IMG/VR virus record: IMGVR_UViG_3300042564_002819
Coordinates: 1 to 64,000 of that record
Direction: 5' to 3' (one strand)
DNA: 64,000 nucleotides
The number at the start of each line of letters is the position of its first letter. Within the stretch, counting starts at the first letter, position 1. The notes under the pieces were generated by a model. That model was not told where the DNA came from and searched no databases. It saw nothing but the letters and a program-made list of their open reading frames with translations. Below are positions 15,707 to 24,806 of the stretch, one piece after another. Position numbers and translations under genes: made by a program.

Positions 15707-18373
15707 GTGCCGTACGTTGACGCAATGTTCGATAGAGATAATGATATTATCCGATTAGTCGAACGAAAAGATGGTAAAAGAATTTATCAAGAATATCCAG
15801 TAAAATATACTTTCTATTACGGTGATCCTAAAGGCAAATATAAAAGCGTTTATGGTGATCCGCTTAGTAGAATAGTCTGCAAGAATACTAAAGACTATAG
15901 AAAAGAACTTGCAATTAACAAAAATAAAACACTATTCGAGTCTGACATTAATCCTATTTTTCAATGCTTAAGTGAAAATTATGAAAATCAAGATGCACCA
16001 AAGTTAAACGTTGCATTTTTTGACATCGAGACCGACTTTGATCCTGAGAGAGGATTCGCTCCAACAAACGATCCCTTCATGCCAATTACGGCAATTACAG
16101 TTCATTTGCAATGGTTAGATGCATTAATTACGCTGGCTGTTCCTCCAAAAACTCTCACAATGGAACAAGCTAAAGAACTTTGCGTTGAATGGGGTGACTC
16201 ATGTATACTGTTCGAAAAAGAAGCAGACATGCTTGATACATTTCTTGACTTAATACAAGACGCTGACATTTTAAGCGGTTGGAACTCAGAAGGGTATGAC
16301 GTTCCTTATACTGTAAATAGAGTAGCTCGTGTACTAAGTAAGAACGACACTAGAAGATTCTGTTTGTGGGATCAACATCCCAAAAAACGAGAATACGAAA
16401 AATATGGAAAAACTTCTGAGACATATGATTTTGTAGGCCGTGTGCATATTGACTCGCTAGAGCTTTATAGAAAATACACATACGAAGAACGTCATAGCTA
16501 TAGACTTGACGCGATCGGCGAAATGGAGATCGGCGAAAACAAAACTGTTTACGAAGGTACGCTAGATCAACTGTATAACAACGACTTTAGAACTTTTATT
16601 GAATACAACAGACAAGACGTTGCACTACTCGACAAACTAGATAAAAAACTTCGTTTTATTGATCTAGCAAATGAAATTGCACATGATAATACAGTTCTAT
16701 TGCAAACTATTATGGGTGCCGTAGCTGTTACTGAACAAGCTATTATTAACGAAGCACACAGACGAGGTATGCAAGTTCCTAACAGACGTGATCACGGCGG
16801 TAACACTCAAGCTGCCGGTGCGTATGTTGCATATCCTAAAAAAGGGTTGCATCAGTGGATTGGTTCTATGGACTTAAACAGTTTGTATCCATCTGTTATT
16901 AGAGCGTTGAACATGGCGCCAGAAAGTATCGTTGGGCAATTAAGACCTGAATATACAGATCAATATATCTACGAACAAATGACGTTGCATAAAAAGAGTT
17001 TTGCGGCAGCATGGGAAGGCCTATTTGGTACTTTTGAATATATGTGGGTTATGGAACAGCGTAGAGATAAAACAATTACAATCGACTGGGAAGACGGAAG
17101 ATCGGATGTTTTAAGCGGTGCTGAAATTTATAAATTAATGTTTGACAGCAACATGCCGTGGATGATTAGTGCCAATGGCACTATATTTACACACGAGTTT
17201 GAATCTGTTATTCCTGGATTGTTAGCTCGCTGGTATAAAGAACGTAAAGAACTACAAGCAATGCTTAAAAAAGCAAAGGATGCAGGAAACGAAACAGAAA
17301 TTTCGTTCTGGGATAAGCGACAGCTAGTTAAGAAAATTAACCTTAATAGTTTATATGGTGCTATTCTAAATCCAGGTTGCAGATTCTTTGATAAAAGAAT
17401 AGGTCAGTCAACTACACTCACCGGTAGACAGATTGCAAAACACATGGCTGGAAAAGTAAATGAAATAGTTACTGGCGATTATAACCATGTTGGACAAGCT
17501 GTAATCTACGGTGATACAGACTCTGTATATTTTAGTGCGTATCCAACACTTAAAAACGAGATCAATGCAGGAAAAATACCGTGGAGTAAAGAAAACGTTG
17601 TTACATTGTATGATCAGATTGCCAACGAAGTAAACAAAACATTTAGTGATTTTATGGGAAGTGCATTCCATTGCCCAAAAACTCGTGCCGAAGTTATTAA
17701 AGCAGGTCGCGAAATTGTAGGCGAAACTGGATTGTTTATTACTAAGAAACGCTATGCTGTTCTAGTGTATGACGAAGAAGGCAAGCGTAAAGATATCGAC
17801 GGTAAGCCAGGTAAAATAAAAGCAATGGGTCTTGATCTTAAACGCTCCGATACGCCAGTATTCATGCAAGACTTTTTGTATGATCTTTTAACTATGGTAT
17901 TGCTACAAGAACCTGAAAAAGCAATTCTCGATAGTATTACAAAATTTAGAAGAGACTTTAAATCTAGACCTGGTTACGAAAAAGGTTCTCCTAAACGTGC
18001 TAATAACATTCAAGCATATCAACGAGAAGAAGCAAAACTCGGAAGAGCTAACATGCCTGGACATGTTAGGGCAAGTATTAACTGGAATACATTAAAACGC
18101 ATGAACGGTGATCGATATTCACAAGAGATTGTTGACGGTATGAAAGTTATTGTTTGCAAGGTAAAACAAAATCCTCTAGGATTTACCAGTGTCGCATATC
18201 CAACTGACGAACTGCGTTTACCTCAGTGGTTTAAAGAATTGCCGTTTGATGATAGTGCAATGGAAGAAGTTATCATTGATAACAAGCTTGATAACCTAAT
18301 CGGAGTTCTAGATTACGATTTGCAGTCAACAAAGCAAAACACAACTTTTAATTCTTTATTTGAATGGGAATAA
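15707..18373 (+). CDS. Family B DNA polymerase (T4 gp43-like)
   Basis: Exo I FFDIETD, Exo II GWNSEGYD, Exo III YNRQDV; Pol motifs DLNSLYPS, KKINLNSLYG, YGDTDS, KKRYA; GTG start after AAGGAG; no intein. Confidence 0.96.
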   Translation: MPYVDAMFDRDNDIIRLVERKDGKRIYQEYPVKYTFYYGDPKGKYKSVYGDPLSRIVCKNTKDYRKELAINKNKTLFESDINPIFQCLSENYENQDAPKLNVAFFDIETDFDPERGFAPTNDPFMPITAITVHLQWLDALITLAVPPKTLTMEQAKELCVEWGDSCILFEKEADMLDTFLDLIQDADILSGWNSEGYDVPYTVNRVARVLSKNDTRRFCLWDQHPKKREYEKYGKTSETYDFVGRVHIDSLELYRKYTYEERHSYRLDAIGEMEIGENKTVYEGTLDQLYNNDFRTFIEYNRQDVALLDKLDKKLRFIDLANEIAHDNTVLLQTIMGAVAVTEQAIINEAHRRGMQVPNRRDHGGNTQAAGAYVAYPKKGLHQWIGSMDLNSLYPSVIRALNMAPESIVGQLRPEYTDQYIYEQMTLHKKSFAAAWEGLFGTFEYMWVMEQRRDKTITIDWEDGRSDVLSGAEIYKLMFDSNMPWMISANGTIFTHEFESVIPGLLARWYKERKELQAMLKKAKDAGNETEISFWDKRQLVKKINLNSLYGAILNPGCRFFDKRIGQSTTLTGRQIAKHMAGKVNEIVTGDYNHVGQAVIYGDTDSVYFSAYPTLKNEINAGKIPWSKENVVTLYDQIANEVNKTFSDFMGSAFHCPKTRAEVIKAGREIVGETGLFITKKRYAVLVYDEEGKRKDIDGKPGKIKAMGLDLKRSDTPVFMQDFLYDLLTMVLLQEPEKAILDSITKFRRDFKSRPGYEKGSPKRANNIQAYQREEAKLGRANMPGHVRASINWNTLKRMNGDRYSQEIVDGMKVIVCKVKQNPLGFTSVAYPTDELRLPQWFKELPFDDSAMEEVIIDNKLDNLIGVLDYDLQSTKQNTTFNSLFEWE

Positions 18374-18374
18374 T

Positions 18375-18809
18375 ATGAAAGTAGGTATAGTATTTTCAAC
18401 ATTTGATCTTCTTCATGCCGGGCATATAGGAATGCTGCGTGAAGCAAAACAACATTGCGATTATCTTATTGTAGGATTACAAACAGATCCTACAATAGAT
18501 AGGCCTACTACAAAAAATAAACCTGTGCAAACATTGGTAGAACGTTATGCACAATTAAATGCTGTTAAGTTTGTTGATGAAATTGTTCCATATCAAACCG
18601 AAGAAGACGTGATTGATATATTAGAACTTTTTGAAATTGATATAAGATTTTTAGGTGAAGAGTATCGAGAACAAGACTTTACAGGTAAAGACGTATGTCG
18701 AAAGCGTGGTATCGAACTACACTTTAATAAACGAGATCATAGATTCAGCAGTAGTGGTTTGCGTCGCAGAGTAGCAGAGGCAGAAAAAGATGCACGACAA
18801 GGATCTTGA
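18375..18809 (+). CDS. Glycerol-3-phosphate cytidylyltransferase-like (TagD family)
   Basis: STFDLLHAGH HIGH motif, LIVGLQTDP, ER..QL.AVKFVDE, SSSGLR. Confidence 0.85.
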   Translation: MKVGIVFSTFDLLHAGHIGMLREAKQHCDYLIVGLQTDPTIDRPTTKNKPVQTLVERYAQLNAVKFVDEIVPYQTEEDVIDILELFEIDIRFLGEEYREQDFTGKDVCRKRGIELHFNKRDHRFSSSGLRRRVAEAEKDARQGS

Positions 18810-18987
18810 GATTTACAACTTAATAGCACGTCTAGAAGAAAAGATTAACAATTTAATCAACTCTACTGAAAGACAAGAGCAAGAATTAACTTTGCTTAGA
18901 AATGAATTCGAACTTGTTAAAAACGAAGGTTGTTGGCTTTCTAAACAAAATCCAGATCATGTACACGGAGATTTTAAACATGAATAA
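18790..18987 (+). CDS. Small coiled-coil hypothetical protein
   Basis: 65 aa, overlap-coupled on both sides. Confidence 0.6.
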   Translation: MHDKDLEIYNLIARLEEKINNLINSTERQEQELTLLRNEFELVKNEGCWLSKQNPDHVHGDFKHE

Positions 18988-19702
18988 ATTTATCTTTGAT
19001 GTTGATGGAACATTAACTCCTAGCAGAATGCCAATTGACAAAAACTTTGCTGAATACTTTATATCTTTTTGCAATGATAATTCTGTTTATCTAGTTACCG
19101 GTTCTGACTATGCTAAAACTCTTGAACAATTAGGAGAAGACATTTGTCTTTCTGTAAAAAAAGTATACAATTGTTCCGGAAACGAAGTACGAGAAAAAGA
19201 AACATTGGTTAAATCAAGCGATTGGTCTTTATCCAAAAATGCAAAAGAATGGCTGTTAAATCAACTGTCTCAAAGTTCTTTTCCTTTAAGAACTGGCAAT
19301 CATATTGAAGAACGTACCGGAACTGTGAATTTTAGCGTTGTTGGTAGAAATGCAACTTTAAAAGAAAGAATGATGTATGTTCAATACGACCGTATGACTA
19401 ATGAACGAGAATTGATTGCAACAGATTTTAATCTTACATTTGACACATTGGATGCAAAGGTCGGTGGTGAAACAGGAATCGATATCTTTTTAAAAGGACA
19501 CGACAAACGTCAGATTATTAAAGATTTTAGTAAGCAACATAAACTTATCTTTTTTGGAGATAGGATGGATATTAAAGGAAATGATTATCCTTTAAAGAAT
19601 GAAATTGAAACTAATAACCGAGGTATTTGTTATAACGTTAAAGATTGGCAAGATACTTACGAACGGTTAATGTATTTGCAGGAGGCCAAGATAGCAGCAT
19701 GA
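18980..19702 (+). CDS. HAD-IIB phosphomannomutase (eukaryote-type PMM family)
   Basis: FIFDVDGTLT, LVTGSD, IEER.GTVNFSVVGRNA, GGETGIDI, FFGD...GNDYP. Confidence 0.85.
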   Translation: MNKFIFDVDGTLTPSRMPIDKNFAEYFISFCNDNSVYLVTGSDYAKTLEQLGEDICLSVKKVYNCSGNEVREKETLVKSSDWSLSKNAKEWLLNQLSQSSFPLRTGNHIEERTGTVNFSVVGRNATLKERMMYVQYDRMTNERELIATDFNLTFDTLDAKVGGETGIDIFLKGHDKRQIIKDFSKQHKLIFFGDRMDIKGNDYPLKNEIETNNRGICYNVKDWQDTYERLMYLQEAKIAA

Positions 19703-20454
19703 TAGTAATTGCAGGATTTGGATTTGTTGGCAAAGCGTATTACAACGCTTTTAAATCATATAGAAGCATCGAAATTGTAGACCCTAAGTATAACAACAAT
19801 AAAATAAAAGACATGGAAAAACTTAGAGGCGTAATAGTTTGTGTATCAACGCCGCAAGGAGACGACGGAAGTTGTTATATGGATAATGTTTACAATGTTG
19901 TCTCTGACGTTCCTGAACATGTTCCTATAATGATAAAAAGTACAATTAGTTTAGAGGGATGGGATCAACTAGCAGAAAAATTTCCCAATCATCAAATAAC
20001 ATTTAGCCCAGAGTTTTTACGAGCAGCAACAGCCGATGCTGATGTAAAGAATACAACTCATGTCTTTTTAGCAGGAGGAAATACTGATTACTGGAGAGAC
20101 TTTTATAGTTTTGCCTTTCCTGAAGCTAAAATTACAATATGTTTGCCACAAGAAGCAATTGCAATTAAATATTTTAGGAATTCATTTTTAGCAACAAAGT
20201 GTAGTTTCTTTAATGAAGTATACGATTTTTGTCAAGCTATTGGGCTAGATTACAACAACGTTCGCTACGGTATTGCAGCAGATTCTAGAATAGGCGATAG
20301 TCATACATTTATTGAACCACTTGCACGTGGTTGGGGCGGATATTGTTTTCCTAAAGACACTTCTGCTCTTCTAAAAATGGCAGAGAATAATAACGTAAAT
20401 CTAAATACACTTGATGCGGCAGTTAAATCTAATGATATAATTAGAAAAAAATAA
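19699..20454 (+). CDS. UDP-glucose/GDP-mannose dehydrogenase family protein (short, lacks the C-terminal domain)
   Basis: GFGFVG, CVSTP, IKST, FSPEFLR, KYFRNSFLATK..FFNE, GWGGYCFPKD with the catalytic Cys. Confidence 0.85.
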   Translation: MIVIAGFGFVGKAYYNAFKSYRSIEIVDPKYNNNKIKDMEKLRGVIVCVSTPQGDDGSCYMDNVYNVVSDVPEHVPIMIKSTISLEGWDQLAEKFPNHQITFSPEFLRAATADADVKNTTHVFLAGGNTDYWRDFYSFAFPEAKITICLPQEAIAIKYFRNSFLATKCSFFNEVYDFCQAIGLDYNNVRYGIAADSRIGDSHTFIEPLARGWGGYCFPKDTSALLKMAENNNVNLNTLDAAVKSNDIIRKK

Positions 20455-20482
20455 TTGACTTTTAGGCAATATAATATAAAAT
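20455..20482 (+). promoter_or_regulatory. Possible sigma70-type promoter
   Basis: TTGACT-16nt-TAAAAT upstream of GGAG and the ATG at 20503. Confidence 0.4.
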
Positions 20483-20502
20483 AAAACAAATTGGAGAAAA
20501 AT

Positions 20503-21231
20503 ATGAAAGACATTTTACAAGACATCGTTTCGCACACATATAGCTTAGGCTTTATTACTACACTTAAAGTTACAGCAGATAATAACACATCAATTGATAG
20601 TATGGCAGATGACAGATCTGTTATCATAACCGGAGTTACACACAAACCGGTTGCAGAATTTACTGGTGTTTTTGGTATGCCAGATCTCGGCAAACTTGCA
20701 TATCACTTAAAGAATCCTGAATACAAAGAAAAAGCCAAGATCGACGTTAAACAAGAAGATCGTAATGGCGAACTTATTCCAACACACATTCATTTTGAGA
20801 ATTCTGCAGGAGACTTTCAAAACGATTACAGATTTATGAATCGTGCAGTTATTGAAGAAAAACTTAAATCAGTTAAGTTTAAGGGAAATAGCTGGGATGT
20901 TGAGATAGAGCCATCTATGGCATCAATATCAAGAATGAAATTAATGGCCGGTGCCCATTCAGAAGAACTTGTTTTTTATGTTAAAACAGAAAATGGAGAT
21001 CTTAATTTTTACTTCGGTGATGCAAGTACACACGCTGGTAAGTTTACATTCCAACATGGAATTACAGGAAAACTTACACATAGCTGGGCGTGGCCTGTTT
21101 CGCAAACTATTGCAATTTTAAATCTCGACGGCGACAAAAAGCTATCAATTACTGACCAAGGTGCTATGAAAATTACAGTTGATAGCGGTATGGCTAAGTA
21201 CGATTATATACTTCCGGCACAACAAAAATAA
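20503..21231 (+). CDS. Probable DNA polymerase sliding clamp (T4 gp45-like)
   Basis: 242 aa, clamp-like size and two-domain alternating pattern; C-terminal ...DSGMAKYDYILPA; same operon as PolB. Confidence 0.55.
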   Translation: MKDILQDIVSHTYSLGFITTLKVTADNNTSIDSMADDRSVIITGVTHKPVAEFTGVFGMPDLGKLAYHLKNPEYKEKAKIDVKQEDRNGELIPTHIHFENSAGDFQNDYRFMNRAVIEEKLKSVKFKGNSWDVEIEPSMASISRMKLMAGAHSEELVFYVKTENGDLNFYFGDASTHAGKFTFQHGITGKLTHSWAWPVSQTIAILNLDGDKKLSITDQGAMKITVDSGMAKYDYILPAQQK

Positions 21232-21241
21232 GGAGTTAGCT

Positions 21242-21649
21242 ATGGATCAGTTTGATATTACTGAATTTGCTAAAATGTTTGACGCAGCACTTGCGTCAGA
21301 CAACCCAGCAGTTAAAAAAGCACTGCGTAACTTTATGATGGTAGCTGCCATTGTTCATGCTCAAGAATTAAATGAAGATGAACGACTAATGGGTCCATTC
21401 GAGGCATTGCTTAAAAAAGTACAATCTCTTGAGAGCATGGTGCGAGAATTACAAAACAATCGTACATACAAAGACCAATATAAAGATTATTATAATTCCA
21501 ATCCAACTTGGGTATATCAACCTACCACAAGCATAAGCACTACTAGCGGTACTTCCAGTGACGCTAAAACTTGGAAAGGTACGTACAACGGCCAACCAAT
21601 CGACCCTTCTGAGATCTATGAGTTATTGAAAGATTTAAAATTTAAATGA
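21242..21649 (+). CDS. Hypothetical protein
   Basis: ATG at 21242 after AAGGAG. Confidence 0.7.
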   Translation: MDQFDITEFAKMFDAALASDNPAVKKALRNFMMVAAIVHAQELNEDERLMGPFEALLKKVQSLESMVRELQNNRTYKDQYKDYYNSNPTWVYQPTTSISTTSGTSSDAKTWKGTYNGQPIDPSEIYELLKDLKFK

Positions 21650-23211
21650 AAACAAATCTAACAGAAACACAAAACGACTACGCTGTATTCTTGCCTAGTA
21701 TCAGCGGCTTTTACGCTACATTCGTAGGCAAACAACGTTATGGAGAATATGTAGATCCGACTCGTGTTCCTGAAGGCATTGGTGAAGTAGAAGCATTAAA
21801 CTTTTTAAACCCAAGCAAAGGAGCCTTCCATTATAAGTGGGCTCTTTATAGTGCTGGACATGCGGAACTTGATACTGCTAAATTTAGTGAAAAAGAAGAT
21901 ATGCTACGCAACCGTGATAGAAACAACAGTTGGTTGCTAGGAGACTCGGGCGGGTTCCAGATTGCTAAAGGACTTTGGGAGGGCGACTGGACTGATCCAA
22001 ACTGCCCTAAAGCACAAAAGAAACGTGAATTAGTTGTAAACTGGATGGAAGCATACATGGACTATGGCATGATGCTGGATATTCCAACTTGGACTTTCCA
22101 AGATAAGAAAGCTGCAAAAGCAGCCAATATTCACAGTTATCAAGATGCAGTTGATGCTACTCACATTAACGCAAGATATTACATGGCTAATCGTCGTGGT
22201 AACTTTAAAGTGCTGAACGTATTGCAAGGCAGCAATCATGCAGATGCCGACAACTGGTATAACGAATTTAAAGATTATTGTGATCCTAAAAAATATCCAG
22301 AAACACATTTTAATGGGTGGGCTATGGGTGGCCAGAACATGTGTGATGTACATTTAATTTTACGTCGACTTGTACACATGATACACGATGGGTTGCTTGA
22401 GACTGGCGTTCACGATGTTATGCACTTCTTAGGCACTAGCAAATTAGAATGGGCAGTACTGCTTACTGACATTCAACGTGCTGTTAGAAAATATCACAAT
22501 CCTAACTTTATGATTACATACGACTGTGCAAGTCCATTCCTTGCTACTGCAAACGGACAGGTGTATCACAGCATTAGAATCGAAGATCGAGGCAAGTGGA
22601 GTTATATGATGAGTCCAAGTGCAGACGACAAGAAATATGCTACTGATACAAGACCTTTTAAAGATGCCGTTGAACAAGATGGTATATTAGAAGCATTTGA
22701 GGATTCGCCTATAAGCAAGCATCTACAAATCAAAGATGTTTGTATCTATAAACCAGGAGACCTAAATAAAGTAGGCAACGAAGGCAGAACCAGCTGGGAT
22801 AGCTTTAGCTATGCACTGCAAATGGGACACAATGTTTGGATGCATATCGAAAGTACGCAACGTGCAAATGAAAAATACGATGAAGGATTATTTCCTTACA
22901 TGTTAATAAATGAAAAGTTTGAAAGAACTACATTTAAAGATCTTGTAGATGAAATTTTTAGTCTAAAAGATAGAGCCAAGAGTCTTAAATTAATTGACGA
23001 CAATAGTAGATTTTGGATGCAGGTGATAGGAACTAGACTTAACGTTGGTAAAAAAGCTGTCAATGCTCTTACAAATTATCAAAAATTAACTGAAGAGTCA
23101 CACACAGAAATTACTAGCGAAATGCTCAGCGAAGAAGAATTAGCTCGTTGGGAGAAGAAAAAAATCAAAACAAAGTCGTATATGCCAAATGATCTATGGG
23201 AGAATAGTTAA
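21646..23211 (+). CDS. dpdA: DpdA-like 7-deazaguanine DNA transglycosylase (TGT fold)
   Basis: LLGDSGGFQI TGT motif, MMLDIP, LNVLQG, GWAMGG, MHFLG, ITYDCASP; clustered with folE, queE and a queD-like gene. Confidence 0.78.
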   Translation: MKTNLTETQNDYAVFLPSISGFYATFVGKQRYGEYVDPTRVPEGIGEVEALNFLNPSKGAFHYKWALYSAGHAELDTAKFSEKEDMLRNRDRNNSWLLGDSGGFQIAKGLWEGDWTDPNCPKAQKKRELVVNWMEAYMDYGMMLDIPTWTFQDKKAAKAANIHSYQDAVDATHINARYYMANRRGNFKVLNVLQGSNHADADNWYNEFKDYCDPKKYPETHFNGWAMGGQNMCDVHLILRRLVHMIHDGLLETGVHDVMHFLGTSKLEWAVLLTDIQRAVRKYHNPNFMITYDCASPFLATANGQVYHSIRIEDRGKWSYMMSPSADDKKYATDTRPFKDAVEQDGILEAFEDSPISKHLQIKDVCIYKPGDLNKVGNEGRTSWDSFSYALQMGHNVWMHIESTQRANEKYDEGLFPYMLINEKFERTTFKDLVDEIFSLKDRAKSLKLIDDNSRFWMQVIGTRLNVGKKAVNALTNYQKLTEESHTEITSEMLSEEELARWEKKKIKTKSYMPNDLWENS

Positions 23212-23436
23212 ATGAGTAATTATGAAGATGAAAACGACAAGTTAAAAGCCCATCTAGAAGAACTAAAAAGAAAACACAAAGATTTAGATACTTACATTAA
23301 ATCAGAATTTAATAATCAAAATTTAATTCCAGAAGTATATAAATTAAAAACACAAAAGCTATGGCTCAAAGATGAGATACACAGAATTGAAAACAAGTTA
23401 TTAAATTCCGGTAATATTGTAAATGGTACTGTCTGA
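23212..23436 (+). CDS. Small coiled-coil protein (DUF465/YdcH-like)
   Basis: L.RKH..LD..I.......LK.QKLWLKDEI pattern. Confidence 0.6.
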   Translation: MSNYEDENDKLKAHLEELKRKHKDLDTYIKSEFNNQNLIPEVYKLKTQKLWLKDEIHRIENKLLNSGNIVNGTV

Positions 23437-23596
23437 AAAAAGTTTAAAATTAGAAGCATTAGAAATTGCTTTAAAAGATTTAGATCGTATAATAGAAGCA
23501 TTAAAATCTCAAGAATATCCGCAAGAACAGATAAACGAATACGTTAAGAAACGCTGGGCTGTTTGGAATGAAATATATCAGGTAAGAAAATTATGA
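23423..23596 (+). CDS. Small hypothetical protein (57 aa, not in ORF track)
   Basis: Manual translation MVLSEKSLKLEALEIALKDL...WNEIYQVRKL*; fills the gap and couples by ATGA to the next gene. Confidence 0.6.
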   Translation: MVLSEKSLKLEALEIALKDLDRIIEALKSQEYPQEQINEYVKKRWAVWNEIYQVRKL

Positions 23597-24123
23597 AAAG
23601 AATTTATGAACAGGGAATAGAAGAACAAATACAATACTTTTTTGGTACTGAAGTAGAACACACTCCTGCATTTGGTAAAAAGACTTTGTTTGTAGTAGGA
23701 ATAAAAGATCCAGACGAAGTCACAGCAATTGCAAATTCAAATAGCGTTGATCATATCTATCTAGGTGCAAATCAAAGTTTTTCTATAACAGGTGAGCATG
23801 GTACTAACGAAGAAATAGAAGGATGGGAGAAACTAGCTATTAGCCTTTTAAAACAAGGATTTTGGGTTACGTTAGATTTTGATATACGTTATGTTGAATG
23901 GATATTAGAATCTGGCTTTACAGAATACAATCGTTTCATTCCAATGATATCTGCAAAGTTGCCTTATATTTCGCAACTTGGTTACAATGCATGTCTAAAA
24001 TTAGACGATAAAGATTTTGATGCAACAAATCCCGGTGTATGGACACACAGAGTACACGATTTGTTAGATAAAGATGTATTTACGGATTGGTCTAAGTATA
24101 CAACTGATACTATTATTAGTTGA
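23593..24123 (+). CDS. Uncharacterised protein embedded in the 7-deazaguanine cluster
   Basis: 176 aa; FFGTEVEHTP, TLFVVG, HIYLGANQSF, FIPMISAKLP, KLDD.DF..TNPGVW. Confidence 0.7.
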   Translation: MKRIYEQGIEEQIQYFFGTEVEHTPAFGKKTLFVVGIKDPDEVTAIANSNSVDHIYLGANQSFSITGEHGTNEEIEGWEKLAISLLKQGFWVTLDFDIRYVEWILESGFTEYNRFIPMISAKLPYISQLGYNACLKLDDKDFDATNPGVWTHRVHDLLDKDVFTDWSKYTTDTIIS

Positions 24124-24599
24124 CAAATGTATACGAGCGTAGTAGTATGAATTATCAAGAGCATTATTACACTTACATAGCTAGAAAACTAAGAGAAGAG
24201 AGAATGAATCAACCATTAAAAAGTATTTGGGTTACCTTCCGAAAAGAAGGCATACACTTGTATCCTGCCGCAGCAACAGATCCCAAACTTGCAACCGGTG
24301 ACTGGGACGATGTGTCGTTCCTAGGTGTTCCGCATAGGCACATTTTTCACTTTAAAGTTCGTATCGAAGTATTTCACGATGATCGAGATATTGAATTTAT
24401 TCAATTCAAGCGTTGGCTTGAAAAACTGTACAACGAAGACATTCTAGAACTTAATCACAAAAGTTGCGAAATGATCAGCGATGACTTGTATCAAGAAATT
24501 TCTGCAAGGTATCCGGGCCGCCTTGTCGAAATCGAAGTCTCCGAAGACGGAGAAAATGGCTCAATAATTTTTTATCCCACTAACAGTAACGCCACTTAA
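24120..24599 (+). CDS. QueD-like T-fold protein with LxxxHRHxF motif (DpdL-like candidate)
   Basis: FLGVPHRHIFHFKV replaces the QueD CxxxHGH motif; IEFIQFK, SCEM, VSEDGENG. True start probably downstream (24147 or 24204). Confidence 0.7.
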   Translation: MTNVYERSSMNYQEHYYTYIARKLREERMNQPLKSIWVTFRKEGIHLYPAAATDPKLATGDWDDVSFLGVPHRHIFHFKVRIEVFHDDRDIEFIQFKRWLEKLYNEDILELNHKSCEMISDDLYQEISARYPGRLVEIEVSEDGENGSIIFYPTNSNAT

Positions 24600-24611
24600 A
24601 GGAGAAATTAC

Positions 24612-24806
24612 ATGGCAATTACTAACCCTACCGTTAACAAAGTGTTTTCGGACCTTGAAGAGTTTCGTAACTTTTGTCGATTTGAAGGGCATGTGTTTAA
24701 CGAAGCAGATTTGTATAAGTCTGACGCTAGAGCGTGGCAGGCATTTACAAAGCACAGGAATTGGCTTCGTGCAAAGTCAAGAGTAAAGGTAAAGCGTAAT
24801 GCGTAA
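24612..24806 (+). CDS. Small hypothetical protein
   Basis: 64 aa after AAGGAG; DLEEFRNFCRFEGHVFNEADLY. Confidence 0.7.
   Translation: MAITNPTVNKVFSDLEEFRNFCRFEGHVFNEADLYKSDARAWQAFTKHRNWLRAKSRVKVKRNA

Noticed and set aside
15707-18373. Intein or intron in the DNA polymerase
   Set aside because: 888 aa with normally spaced motifs; no C/S...HN splice junctions or LAGLIDADG block.
21646-23211. tRNA-guanine transglycosylase (Tgt) for host tRNA
   Set aside because: 521 aa, divergent, lacks the visible C-x-C-x2-C zinc motif of bacterial Tgt, and sits among phage DNA metabolism genes; DpdA-like is more plausible but untested.
20491-24125. Track starts at TTG 20491 and TTG 24120
   Set aside because: 20491 overlaps the GGAG SD of the ATG at 20503; 24120 coincides with a TTGACA-17-TAGTAT promoter-like sequence, so the true start is probably downstream.
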